Of a DNA stretch of 64,000 nt, positions 39,301 through 53,100 are shown in pieces (the first letter of the stretch is position 1; each line of letters starts with the position of its first letter). Source of the stretch: Lepidodermella squamata (lineage: Eukaryota > Animalia > Gastrotricha). A program made the position numbers and the translations under genes. The DNA lies in the NCBI GenBank assembly GCA_047495785.1, contig JBLDXI010000009.1, positions 4,526,001 through 4,590,000 on the forward strand. Reading direction: 5' to 3'. The notes beneath the pieces were generated by a model. The model was not told where the DNA came from. It saw nothing but the letters and a program-made list of their open reading frames with translations, and made no database searches.

Positions 39301-41235
39301 TGTTGCTGTCTGAGTTTCCGAGCCGTGATTATTATCATTAATAACGTGCGTGTTTTTTTCGAGTAATGCGTTGGGCTACAACAGATTTTACCAACGCTAA
39401 TATGATATTGAACGGCCATGGAATATTATTATTACTTTGCAATGCCACATATTTTTTTATGGCCATGTGTGGTAAGGCGACCCCGCTTTGTTGCGTTTAT
39501 GACATGCACTTGAGGGGTGTATGTGCCGAGGAGGGGCGAAAAAACCACGCCGCTGCATCTTGAAAGTGAGTACTACCAATTTTTGGTAATAAAACGTGAA
39601 TAATGAAGCGCGGATTAGTTCTTGATGCTATAAAAAACCACGTGGAATAAGGCTAAAAAACAACAACACCTGATGCCAGTGCACTATTCGATCGCGAAGA
39701 TAAGAAATAAATACTCGGCAAGTTGCCAGCGTTAAAACAACAAAAAAATGACATTATACCGGCCTTGTTTGCCGATGAGATCACTCACACTTTTGACAAT
39801 CAATCATAAGCTGATTCAGCGACGCAAAATCGATAGAATATCAAGGGCTGAGCCGGCGCGTGAAAATAGAACGATTCTATGCATGACTTATTCATCAAAC
39901 TCTACTTTCAATGAATCACAGGATGACTCGACTGGTAAACAGCAGAAAATGAATGTACCAGGCCAGCTATAAAACGAAAGAAAACTAATTCGCACTGATG
40001 CAAGTGAGAAGAAAATATTAGAGAAGCGTTATATGAAGAGCAGGTGAACAAATTTGGTTCTGAACAGCTCATAAAATCAACAAGGGATATGCGCCAAACA
40101 TTTTCCAGCCACTTCAAACTGCTAGAGCGATGAGATGATATCGCTAGGCGCTAGGTAACCCTAGCAAAGACTATATTCAAAATTGTATGGTTTAGCTCGA
40201 TAGTCATATATGATTTAAGATACTTATGATAGTGTTAAATGGATTATAATAAATAACAAATGGATTAGGGAAACTAGATTTAACAGGCAATATATAGGTT
40301 GCCAAAGCCGATTTCTTCATGCCAACTTACATAAAATATAATTCAATCTTAAAGCATGAATCATTTCATAGGGAATAGGGCAATTTCATACGGCAACAAA
40401 ATTTGGCGAATAATCAAGCTCAGTTAACTTACAAAGAGGTGTGTGAAATGTAAATTAACTGACGGAAACTGGTCAAAAAAGATATATACAACATAATATA
40501 TGTATTTTTGTGAGTCGAACAAGCGAAAAATTCCTTGAAACACTGCCCGGTCTGTTTTCAATGTGCCAGATATATTCAAGGCGGTAGAATTTGGCAAAAG
40601 ATAATAATTGATAACTGACAAACTCTACTATTCTGATGCTTCGGGTTCAGCAATGTTCAACGTGGAAGATGCAACAAGAATTATAAATGCGCAGTTCTCG
40701 ATCAATATTGTATATAAAAGCCTGAGGCGTGACACCAAAAACTGTAAAAAACAAAGATTAAACAAGTTCAAATATTAAGCTCTTTCGCTAGTATACTTCT
40801 TCAGGATTACGTACGGTAAGTTTAATGGTACTTTGCATGGTAATAGGCTGTATAACACACATCTCACGTTCTAAGAGTAAAGACTTCACAGTTATGCACA
40901 ACGCATCTCATTGAACGGGTAACATCGTACGAAAAAGCAATCAGCAAGGCAGAAATCTTGTTGCTCATAAAAAATACTAAATACCGGTAAAGGGCTAATT
41001 CAAAGGCTCAAAAATAGCAGAAGTATGAGAAGTGACCACCGCTTTTCGAGGATTGAAGTTTGAAGTTTGAACTCTTAGTGATCACGATACCTAGCTGAAG
41101 AAACTATTCAGCTGCCAGATTAACAAATCACAAAGAAGTACAGATGTCGAACAGTTAGAGAGCAATCAGCTGGGATTTGGTCCACGTGAAGAAAAAACAT
41201 TGCTAAGCTGCGCAAGAACATCTCCTGAGATTTCA

Positions 41236-41252
41236 GCGCGCCAAAATTCGAA
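41236..41252 (+). promoter_or_regulatory. Candidate E2F/CDE-CHR-like element in the promoter region upstream of PSMD3
   Basis: GCGCGCC-AAAA-TTCGAA (GC box, 4-nt spacer, TTYGAA), next to E-boxes CAGCTG (41167) and CACGTG (41183) and an AT-rich block. Motif match only. Confidence 0.35.
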
Positions 41253-41700
41253 AATTTTCTATTATGTAATCACCAATTCTTCCATAGTGCTGTTATTACG
41301 TGAATTATATATTATTTTTAATTATTTTATATATTGTTTGGCGGTCAGCCAGAGATTATGTAATACGAATTTTACGCGCCACAGCTTTTTTGACAGGTTT
41401 TCTCAAAGAGATAGCCGATCTATGCAAGACAGCGACAGGTAGATTACCGCCGGACATCTTACACTTTTACTCATTCGGTTTTACAAAGCGACGGAGGTCA
41501 GGAAGTCTAGACTGTATTTTATGAGACCGATTCACGATTCAGGTTAACTTGAATCTATTTGATTTTACATTGCCTCTTTATTCAGAGTTGCACTTCGAAC
41601 TTGGCACTCATCGCCTGGATTTTATTATTAACTTCTGTCAATCTATCCAAGTATATAGGTTTCATTTTGAGAAATGGTGTCAGCTGTTGTTCAGCCTCCA

Positions 41701-43363
41701 ATGTCGAAAACCGCCGAACCTATGGCAGTCGATTCGGCTGACCCTAAAAAAGACGTCGATCAACTCACTCTTGAAGGTAAATTGCTTAATTATTAATGCT
41801 CAGCTTCTCATTAAAGTGCTTTCTCAGACATTCGAGAGCAAATCCGCTTCATCGAGAAGGGTCTGATGACAAAAGACATGCGATTTATCAGCCGAGTTGC
41901 TCGCATGTTGTCTCGAACTCGTCGTCATTTGACAGGGAGCGTCTTGCGCCGTGCTCTTACTACATTCTTGCCGTCTATTCAGTCTTCTGAGGCTGAGTGC
42001 CGCTCTTTATTAGCATTTGTTCCTGAGGGACCAGCTGGTGAAACTGCCACTACTCCTGAGGCTCCGGTGAAGCAGGGTTTGTTGATGTGAAAATATCTTA
42101 CTCAGCAATGCATCTATTGTTTTTTTAGCTGGAACTCCCGGCAGAACTCGCTTGCAGAAGTTGCAGAGCGGCATTGGCTCACCAGCAAGCTTGGCTGGAG
42201 CTACGGCTGAAATTGAGGTCTACCTTCACCTATTAGTACTGGTGTGGCTGTTGGATCAACCCACGAGGCCAGATGATGCTCTGGCTTGCTCTGCCGAACT
42301 TGTCCGCAAACTGAGCGTTTTCAACCGCCGTAGCCTCGACCCATTGGCAGCCAGGGCTTACTACTTCTTCTCCTTGGCCCACGAGCGTCGTGAGAAGTTA
42401 CAAGCCGACTCGGCTGCACCGTTCCGTGCTATTCGCCTCACTCTGCACGCCGCTTATCGAACTGCCGTTCTCCATGGCGATCTTTACCGCCAAGCTTCGT
42501 TGATGACCCTTCTGCTCAGAAACTACTTAGCCCACGGCCAATTCGCACAAGCCGCTCGTTTCATGCAACAAACTACCTTCCCGTTGACTGCCCCTAACAA
42601 CGAACAAGCTCGTTATCACTACTATGTCGGCTACATTTCAGCGATCCGTCTCGAGTACTCGGCCGCTCAACGTCATTTGACCACTGCGCTGAGGAAGGCG
42701 CCGCAAAATGGAGCCGTCGGTTTCCGCCAGGCTACCCAGAAAATGTTGACCGTCGTCACCCTGCTTCTTGGTGACATCCCGGATCGCATCACCTTCCGCG
42801 AGGCAGTTTACCGAAAACCTCTGCGGGCTTACTTTGAGCTGTCATCAGCTGTCCGTACTGGTAACTTGAGCCGTTTCGCCGAAGTTGTGACCCGCTACGA
42901 AGCTCAATTCACCCGGGATAAAACTGCTTCGTTGGTCTCCCGTTTGCGCCATAACGTCATCAAGGCGGGTATGAGGCGTATTGCCCTGGCCTATTCCCGA
43001 ATTTCCCTGGCTGATATTGCAAAGAAGTTGGATCTGGACTCGGCCGTTGACGCTGAGTACATCGTTGGCAAGGCGATTCGCGACGGCGTCATCGAGGCTG
43101 TGATTGTTCCGGGTAAGAACGGCGGCGTTTCCTACCTGCAGTCGCGTGAGGTTGTCGATATCTATTCGACGCCTGAGCCGACGTCTGCCCTGCACCAGCG
43201 CACGGCGTTCTGCCTCGAATTGCATGAGCAATCGGTGAAAGCGATGCGTTTCGAGCTGAAGCAGTACCACAAGTTCGAATCGGCTGAGGAGCGACGAATT
43301 CGCGAGGAACAGGAGCTGGAATCGGCGCGCGAAATGGCCGATGATTTTGATGATTTCATGTGA
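41701..43363 (+). CDS. PSMD3: 26S proteasome non-ATPase regulatory subunit 3 (RPN3)
   Basis: FNRRSLD..AARAYYF, LLLRNYL, NNEQARYHYYVG.I.AIRLEYS, ALRKAPQ..AVGF, RLRHNVIKAG.R.I..AYSRISL, PCI domain, FCLELH..SVKAMRF, ESAEERR.REEQELE. Exons 41701-41776, 41828-42076, 42130-43363. Confidence 0.97.
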
Positions 43364-44508
43364 AATCTGAAACTAACAACTAACCAAAAAAACACGGTCT
43401 CTTTTATTCTTGGTTTAAAACGCAAGGCGAAAAATTGTATAAGTGTATGTATGATGGCTTAGTAAGGCAGAAAAATTGGATCTAGGAAGGCTGAAAATGA
43501 AATTTTCTCCTCATTTTTCTTGTGCGTATTATAATTATTATTGCATCGTAACTTTGCTGCTTGAGACTTTTCGAATTCCATGAATTAGAAAGCGCTTGAA
43601 TGGCTAATAATGAGTTGGCTGAAAGTCGTTTGCCCAATATCTACTTGATACCTGAACGTTGTGATCATTTAAAATGATAGCGAAAATGATAATAACAATA
43701 ATGATGATAAAATAAATACAGAAAAAACCGAAGGCGACTGTTTTTCATTCAATGCAGAATTATATGCTGAATTTGGAAAAGAAACTGAGGGACATTGAGA
43801 CGTAAAATTTATTCGGCTCTTAAATTTAAATTTTGTTCTCATTTCGAGCCAGATTTTGCTGTGGAAATTCGAAGAAAATTTTATAATTGAAAATTGAAAC
43901 CATATTCTTTTCGAGGTTGAGGAAGTTTGAAGCTGTATCGGAAACTAAATGTAAAAATCGACTCCAAGACAGCTTTCGTTAATCCAGTGATCACCATCTA
44001 ATTCGTTTTTTTCTGCAGCACTATTGATAAAATGCTAATAAATTCCAAAATTGACCGATTCATGACATTTTTGACCAGGCAAAAGACGAAAGGTGTTTCG
44101 ATTTTTTTCAGAGTTTATTCGCCTTGCAAGCGCGTTTCGCACGTTAAAAATTCAGCATTCATAAAAAATGTCGCCATATGAGTCGTTGGTGTTATAATTT
44201 CGAATAATATTGTAATAAAATTGTCAAACAATTACGACAGCACAAACGATGAATTCAGGTCAGGATGTTGTGTATCAGGATATCGGAGCGCCTGTGCTCG
44301 CTTTCTCGCTAAAAAATGATTATTTACAAAGTTGCTTCATAAAATTTGAACATCCAGCAAGCAGACTTTCGCAGTCATTACAACATTAGGTGGTAGCTTC
44401 ACACAGCACGCAATCAGCAGTCAAGAATAAATTATCAATAATAATTATTATATAATATTTGCGATATATTATAATAATTATATAAATTTGACCGTAACAT
44501 TTTTGTTT

Positions 44509-47500
44509 CTACAAGCGGAGACCTGCGAGGACGATTGTAACAGCCGCGAAAATGACCGCACTTGACGACACCAGATTTGAAGAATGGCTGATTAGTAGCG
44601 GCTTGTTACCTATACGAAGACAAACAATGGAATTTACTCGAAAATCTTTCCCATGAGACTTTGGAACACTAGCCCTCAGTGGGACACTTGATTTTGAATT
44701 TCCGTACATTTTACCAAGAGGTCCCCCATTAAGGAACATGTTCTTCGAAAGGTTTTTAAATATTTTGAAGTTCGAAACAAGGGGATTCGTGATTTTCTTG
44801 AAAATTTTGAGAACGTTGACTGATTTTACCTTAATTTTGACAATGTAACGTATTGCCATCACCTACCATATTAGGGCAATAATTGTTTGGAATTTTCGTA
44901 AGCTCATTTGCATATGTAACGTCCTCATGAATTTCGAGATTCTCCCTAGAAATTTGATTCGAATTTTGAAGTAAAGCAGGGATCTTAATTTTAACGGAAA
45001 CAAATTTGCCTGTCAGCAGAACCAAGTTTTGGAACTTGCTATGAAACCACTTTTCGAACTTTCGAGGATGCAATGATTGATCAGCATATTTCGAAATAAA
45101 TCAAAAAATTATTTATAGCTTTTAGTCCTAGTGAAAAAATACCCGATTTTAAACTTGAACAAGGCAGACCACCATAAGAATTGAAAAAAGTGGACGCACA
45201 TTTCTAGCTCGAATCTTGAAACTCATGGGCGTCAAAAAACGTTAGACCAACACCAAAAATAGGTATGAAAAGAATTTTCTCAAATTTTGGAGGAAAATTC
45301 ATGGAAAATGAGATAACCTTGTCCAGCTTTGTTTTAAATTTCACAATTGTTTGAGCTAACCTTGGAAGAACATGGTTTTGTCTAAAATACCTCTTCCTTT
45401 GCATCCTTATTATTCGTTAACTTATTATGGATTTCTGAGAGAAGAACGGGCGATTTTGGAAAACTTGGCAACTTACGAATGCAGACCGTGGCTTCGCCGC
45501 AACTCGAGCAGACAAACGGCATTTTGCAGTAGCCAATCGAGCCCTTCATCGAGTCGACGTTGCACGTGCCGCCCTCGTTCGAAATCGAGTCGGACGGCGC
45601 GACGCAGGCGAAGGCCTTCGTCGCAATGTCGGCCTGGTATTGAATGGCCCGGTAGCCGCTGATGCAGTCGCAGCGGCCGTTCGAGCACACCGTGTTAGCC
45701 GCCATCTGGCAGTCCTCGTTCGACGAGCACGAGTCGTAGACTTGGCGCGGCGAGCACGAGTACTTGCCGTACGGCTTGTAGCCCGAGTAACAGCCGCACC
45801 GGTTCGAAATGCACACCATCGAGTAGTAGCACTGCGCCGAATCGTGGCAGGTATCGCCTGCGGTTTGTGTCTAAAAATCAAATGATAGCATGAATTAAAA
45901 TAACTAATTAATCTGACGATATTTTTTTATCGAAAAACTACTCAACCATAAGAATTTTTCCCGGCTATATTATTAATAAAAAGACGTGAATTCAAAGTTC
46001 ACTAACTTAGAGTGAAAAGTGATTTCTCGTAAATGACTTATTAGCAGTATACGGATAGGATCGGAACCGATAAAATCCGATAGATTTTGCTATAACTCAT
46101 GATATTTCGAAAGGTGTAAATTTGTCAAGATAATTGGAAATTTATTTCCTTTTCAATTTACCCCGATTCCAGAGTGGACCAGTTACAGAGCTCGCCCAAA
46201 AAATGAAAAAAAACCCGAAAAAACCGTTGACTTTGGCTGACTTTGGTCCTCAGGCCGCTGAGTCAAAATTTCCGCAGAAAAAGGAAAGGATAACTAAAAA
46301 ACAAATGATAGGATTTCCTAAGGATAGGAAAGGAAAATAAGACAGGACAAATAAGATCAGGACGATTAAGATTCAAGGTAATTAATTATTAATAGTATAA
46401 CGGGAAAATTAAGACAAGGACAAATAAGACTAACCCTGATCCTAACCCTAACCCAAACACAACCCCAATAATACCATTATTTTTTAATTCGGAATATCTT
46501 TTACCGGAACCAAATTTACGGTGAGCGGAACCCAATTTGCTGTAGCGGAACCAAACTCGAAATATGCCAAGATTCCTTTTTTGAATAATTCTACGAATTT
46601 TGGGCGAAACATGAGTTCTGAATTGAACACTCTGTCTTATAGAGAATGGTACGCTGAATTTACCGGTGATTTTTGTAGAATTATCGTGCTCAATCTTGAC
46701 CCGCGAAAAATATGCAAGAAGTGATTTCAGGCCATTAGAAAATTCCAAAATTTGGTTCTGCTAACAGCAAATTTGGTTCCGCTCACCGTACGGTTAAAGG
46801 AGGACCCTTTATAATTTACTTATTTGTCCCGTCGCATTTGCCCTCGTCTTATTATTTGTCCCCTTACGAATTAAACCACCAATACCATACGCTAATGCAT
46901 TGAAATTCCCTAAAGAATAAAAATTTTAGCTTTAAAATCAGCGAAATTCAATCCCGAAATGAAAATATTTCTTCATCTTTTCGCGCAAAAAAGAATCTCG
47001 AGTGGGGCAAGGAATGATAGGAGAATTTTTCCATGCGACTTCTGAGATCACGACCTTAATCATTAATGTCAAACGCCCAGTTCCAAAATAAAAATATTCA
47101 GCTTCAAGGATGATGTACCAAGTACAAAGAAATTCGGGAATAATCCTTAAAAGAAACTGCGGGCTAAATTGAAAAAAACCGCAAACAAGTGAAGAAAAGC
47201 ATGATCGTATTTAGATAAATTAAATTGCTCACCATGAGATTTGGTACGCAATCGGTACCCTGAAGGCCAGCCTTGTAGCCGAAAATGCACGAGCACACGC
47301 CCGAGCCGGAGCAGATCAAATTGTCGCCGACGCACAAGTCCGCGTTCGGGTTGCACGCTCCGCCCAGGTAGACGGCCCGTTTACAGTCGCCACTCACCGA
47401 GTCGTAGGTGTAGCCAGGCAGGCAGGTGCAAACGCCGCCGCAAGTCGGTGACGGGATGCTGCACATTGAACTCTTAGCGCTACAATCCGAGTTTCTTGTA

Positions 47501-47589
47501 CACGTCTGGTTAACGGCTTTGCTTTGAGCGAAATCAACGAGAAACGCCGAGGCGATGACGAGGAATAAAAACCGGAAATCAGGACTCAT
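44509..47589 (-). CDS. Cys-rich EB/EGF-like-module protein, paralog 4 (3 exons)
   Basis: Signal peptide MSPDFRFLFLVIASAFLVDFAQS and the same Cys spacing as the 3.3-8 kb cluster. Exons 47589-47233, 45870-45477 (donor C|gtaagt) and 44609-44509 give the tail RNKPLLISHSSNLVSSSAVIFAAVTIVLAGLRL*. Confidence 0.82.
46519..46788. mobile_element. MITE with ~40-bp imperfect TIRs and TA target duplication (Tc1/mariner-type)
   Basis: ta|CGGTGAGCGGAACCCAATTTGCTGTAGCGGAACCAAA ... TTTGGTTCTGCTAACAGCAAATTTGGTTCCGCTCACCG|ta. Confidence 0.75.
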
Positions 47590-50164
47590 TTTTTATGTGT
47601 TGATCGAAACGAGGCGATAAAGCCGATGAAATAACAATTCAGGTAAAAAATTGCGTTTATAGCAACAAAACTGTCTTTAAGAGTGTCTATATCGCGTAAA
47701 TTGGGTGAGAAAAGTTGTAATATTGAAAAATGAAAAATTTCGAAACATGTCAAGGCGCGTGCGGCGAAACTGCTGGCGGCTGCTGCCTTAACATGATGGC
47801 TCACAAGTAGCGTAACTGCCAAGAAAAATCGCGTGCTCATAACTTTGGAAAAAATGAGGAAAAATATTCAAGGCGAACAAAATTTGTTCCCGAGAATAGA
47901 AAGAAAAGTTTTATACTTCGTAAAACTTAGGCCAGGTGAAAAGCAATAATAATTTATCTCAATTGTCTTGATTAATTGCCCAAAATTTTGAAAAAAATGG
48001 AAAAAAACTTTCCTCAAACGAATTGAACTTCTTCAATTTGTAAATTTGCTTTCTTTCAAATTTCTACTGAGCATTTTCAAATTTTATTATAGTGACAATT
48101 TAGCATTGCGGCAAATCCTTACATATTAAAATTAGCCAATTTGATTGGGTTGCGCAGAGTAATATTTTGAAAATTGAAAAATTATTAAAATTTATTATTG
48201 AAATTTGAAAAAGGTAAAACTACATTTTTAGGCTCCGAAAAAATTTGAAAATATTTTTTTTGCTAAGAAGTTTATTTTCCCGAATTTTGTTATTGTTTAT
48301 TGAGAGAAATTTTGTCACAAAAGTTATTTTTATTTGCTTATTTTTCTGCTATAATCCTGGGTATAACAGGTTCAGGAGTGTTATTTAAAAACGGCTTCTG
48401 AATGTTTACCTTTTTTTCTACGGAAGAAAGTGAGGAAGTCTGGTGGTTTTTAGGAAAAAAGGTGCATGGTTTTGCGAGCATTTTTTGAAAATTATGTTGA
48501 CGCGGCACATCTCATCGCCATCATTATAATATCCATAGCTCGCACCTAAATTTTGTTGAAAAATAACCGCGCGCGAAAAAAGGGTCACCGCAGCAGGTTT
48601 TTCTGCTATTTAACAACAAAGCGCCTATAGCCACTGGAATACTACGAAAAAAGGCAAACACGAAGCCGTGTAAATATTATACGCGCGTAATGAGCCGTCT
48701 GACTGACCTCTGTCGATGCGCGAAAATGTGCCGAAAAGTCACATCGCGTATACAGCTCATTGCTATAAATTGTCAGAAATTTCTAAATACTGAAAGAAAG
48801 TTGCAAAAATAAACTGACAAATTCTGCAGGTACGGCCAGTGCCAGTCGCAATAATGTCAACGCAGTGACCAAACAACGCTATATTATAAAAAAATGTAAA
48901 CTTTACCTAAGTAAAATTACCTAAATCGCGATTTTCTAACAATGTTACGCATGAGTGAGCGTGAGACTCGTAGTTACCTGTTTTTTTGAACTCCGAACTG
49001 CGCCCAGTAACAGCGCAGTCGTCACAACAGAAAAAAACACGTTTCAGGTAACAAAAAGGTTAAGCAACGGGGCGTGTGAATTTTGACCATTGTTTAACGT
49101 TTACGACTCGCAACCCACGTGCGCCATTCATTTTTCCCAAAATTTATAATCGGTGGAAAAAATGACGCCTCATAATTTGATTTTTTTATCGATGCATATT
49201 TGTAAGCGAATTAGCAACATTTTTTCTCTACATTAACAAAAAATTGCTGCTGTTCGATAGCATCAGGTTCGGAATACTATTGCGGTTGTAATCGTTTCAT
49301 GATGGCGACAGAATTTTCGCCTGTTCCCGATGTCTGTTGATTTTTCTGCGTGTTTACATAACCCTTCCGACTGCATAAAACTGGTTGCCAAAAGCGTGAC
49401 AGCCCTATTCAATATTCAGAAGGGCTGTGACCTCGCCTCATCTTCAACCGCAGGTAAACACTTGTGGGATGTGGTGATACGCGCATATTATAAGTCAGTA
49501 TCTATTGTAGCGCCACAGGCGATTTTTCGAAATTTTATTTGCAAATATGTTTTTCCCTCACATTCTGTTGCGACGGCTTTTCGTATGAAGACATGAACTG
49601 ATGATATCATTACATGTATGACAAAATATCATTTTCCTCCCAACAATTCAATAACGCGCATCCGTAGAATTTACAAATTTGTAGAAAAAATAAAATAAAT
49701 TACATGTTATAGGCAACATTATGGCACGTGGTGAAAAAGGTAATGTAAAAGCGTTGCGTTGATTCAAGACGGAGGAAACTATTCGATAGGCGTGGGTGTT
49801 AGATTCACTGAAGCGTAACAGGCGTCGATGCGTGTGTATAGTAAAAATCATAAGGCAGTGAATATAACTATAGCATTATCGCCAATATAATACCATATTA
49901 CCGTCATTCAAATTCGAGGTTTTGAAATAATGGCAGTGGAAGCGGTGTGACAAGGGAGCAATGCATAAAGGAGGGTGAAGACACGGCGAAAAACTGTCGC
50001 TCACATATTCAATTTTGCCAAAATTGTGCATACCTTAGACACAAATAAGGTCAAATGATCAGAGAAACATCAGAAAATCATCGAATTCGATCATTATTCT
50101 GATTTCGTTACATACCTTAGACACAATTATGGCATAAAAATATGTGAGAGACATGTTTGCTGAA

Positions 50165-53100
50165 TCAGTAACTGCGAAAGTCGCATCTTAAAATGCGTAA
50201 GAAGGCCTTTTTAAATTGCTTATTTGCAAAGGCGTAACAAAAAGGGTTCAGAGGCGATGCGACGTAGCACAACCAGTAAGAAATTGCGTAGAGACCATCG
50301 TCGACACATTCGTTGCAGAAGCCTTTGATAATCGCGAAAATGTGGTACGGCGTCCACGTCAGCACAAACGCGCCTAAAATGAAGGTTATCGTCCTCAGCG
50401 CCTTAGTCGCCCGATTTTCCTGCTTCCGCATAGATCGCCTTGGCTTAGCCGCTGGAGCTGCAGGGGCAGTGACAGCCGCCCTGCCAGCCCCCGAGTCATC
50501 CCCGCTTATCGTTGCGGCAGTTGACCGTCGATTGCGTTCGTTACCAAAAAAGAGATGCCGAACATCGGTGATGAACCTTTGAGCCTTCCCACCCCCACCA
50601 CCAGGGCTCAGCCCACCTCCCATCACTGCCGGGGTTGAAAAGTGCCTTGTCGGCGTAGTAGGACTGAACCCAGTGATCTGAGGAATTTCAAGCGGAGTGC
50701 TGACCACGATTTTCTCCTCAGTGACTTGCAGCTGGAACTGTTGCATACTCTCAGTTTTGGCCAGGAGTATTTCAACATGTTGCCCAGCAGCGGCGAGCAA
50801 AGGTTGCGCAAGCCCTACACCAGGCGCTCCCGAGTCTGTTGGCTCTGTCGATGTAACCGTCGGGGTGTTCGGTGACTCAGCCTTCTTAACTTCAACCACG
50901 CTTTTGCGCCTCTCTTCGAAAAAAGTCGACGCCGGGGCTGAGACGGGTGTTAGCTCGCTTTTCGATAGGGGTAACGAAGTTTCAGCCGACTGGGTAACGT
51001 TCGGCTCAGATTTCGTGTTGACCATCATCGGAACAACGTCCAGTTGCTCCTCCTCAACGGCGGATTCATCTTCGGCAGCAGTTGTAACAGCAGTTGTAGC
51101 AGGAAGCGGGGATGACGTTGATTTTCGCGGACTGGGCGTTTGCAAGTGGCTGCATTCACTGGTTGTTTTGCGAATACTTGGCGACCGACTTCGTTCGGAT
51201 TCGTCCGGCTCGGCGGGGATCACACTCACCTGGAGTTGTTCGACGCCGATCAGATTCGAAAAATGCCGGTTGTAAAACTTCAAGCGCCGCGAATTCCAAC
51301 CAGCGGCTTTCAGCGCGTTTGGCCGTGGCGGAGGCCGATAGGATGGGGAAGCTCCGAGGGTGGTAACCAAAGGGGGCCCTGAGGTTGCGAGGGGTAACGG
51401 AGCGTAAAGAGTGGACAACCGACTCCCGACCGGGTAATTCGTCGAAATAGGACCGCCTTGCTCAGGAATTTCATGCAGCGCATGTAATGTGCTCTAGAAA
51501 AGAGATCAAAGTTAAAAGAGGTCTTTAGAATGTCTCCCTTACCATTTTATGACCACTATTGCGCCGAATCCAAACTGGGGAGGAAGGCTCGTCGTAGTCG
51601 CCTCGAACAAACCCGGCCAGGGATGAAGTCCCGGTTGAGATGCTTCCGCTGTGAATCGACGATATGTCATCCATAAACTCGGGCAGTATGCGTACGGTAT
51701 CTTGCGAATTGAAAGACAAATTAGACTCGGAATCGGCGTAGCGAATGCCGCACAACGCCTCGGGCGGGGCTCGTATGACGATGTCCAACTTGGGCGGCTT
51801 GACTGCCCGTTGGAACTTCTCCTTTTCGATAAGGCGAAGCTGAGTCCGGCTTACCTGTGTCGCCATCGAGTTGGCAACTTGATGCCGCTGTGGGTTGAAC
51901 AGAACGGCCTGGGCGACACTGGCGATAGACGACCGCGAGGTTTGCTTTGTTGAAGTTGACGAGTGCGAGAATTGAGGCGATGAAGATTTTGAGCTATCTG
52001 TCGAGGCAGATTGAGACTGAGCCGCTGCAGCAGCTGCTGCTAATTCCGCCTCCCTTTCCGCCCGGCATTGGCTGCAGTTATCGTACGAAGACGAAGCGAC
52101 AGAGCTGGGCCTGGTTGATTCTAGGGTGTCTAGCAGCCGGTCAATCACCCTGCTACCCAACTCTTCCTCAGCCGATGTGATGCGTTGTATAGATTCAGAT
52201 TTCGGGAAAGACGGCGCTTTACATCTGGAAGATAGCGAGGTATGGCTCATACTCCGGATTGAGAGATCGGTGGACGAGTCATCATCAGCTAGTTGGCGCA
52301 GCTCGGTTGTTGTGCCAGTGGACGGTCGGGGTTCTGCCTGAAGGGTTGCGTCGTCATCGCCCGAGTTCAGTTCGAGATGAGTTGAAAGCGCTTCGGCAAG
52401 CTTCAGCGAGGCAGACCGGGATGAAGCCTTCGAACTTAGTGGTTCTCGGAAGAGTGACGACGGTCTTCTAGGCCGCGTGTCCACGTCGACGACCCCAGGT
52501 GAAGTCGGCTCTGGCGTTTTCATTTCTTCAATCTCATGCAACGGCTCTGTCAGTTCGGTTCTTGTTGCTTTCATCTCAACCTCGATTTTCTGCTTCTCAG
52601 CAGCTAGGAATTTTTCGGCAGTCGGGCCCAGATAGATACCGCCGAAGTCGGAAGGATCGAAGGCTTTTTTGAGCGGAGGGGCCGGGCTCGACGACGGAAT
52701 GAGCGATGACAACTGACCGGCGCGTAGAGAAGAACTCGGACGGTCGACCAAAGGAACTTGTTCGACTTGAATTGTAGGGGTCGCTTGGCGAGAAGGGGAG
52801 GTGTTTGTAGCGCGGAGCCGCCGGAATACGCTTGCCATTAGCTTAACGCGGAACCAGCCAACGCTAGCGCGCTTCCGCAAGGCTGCGTGGCCGTCGCCTG
52901 AAATATGGCCACCGGTTCTGGACGCTGGAGACTCGCCGGAGTAGTTGCTTGATGAATGAGCCTGAAAGCAGGAAATAGTTGGGACATCTTAGAGTCTACT
53001 CTTAATAAAGGCCTGAGTAGGAATCCTCTGAGAAGGTCCGTTTCAATTTCTGCCCAGCTTACTCCTACACCTATAAAAATCATAGCGTATTCTCTTATTG

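Noticed and set aside
33400-41100. Numerous short ORFs and (AAT)n/(CAT)n runs in the long region between the GKAP gene and PSMD3
   Set aside because: No domain similarity or consistent exon chain; best explained as 5' UTR introns and regulatory DNA.
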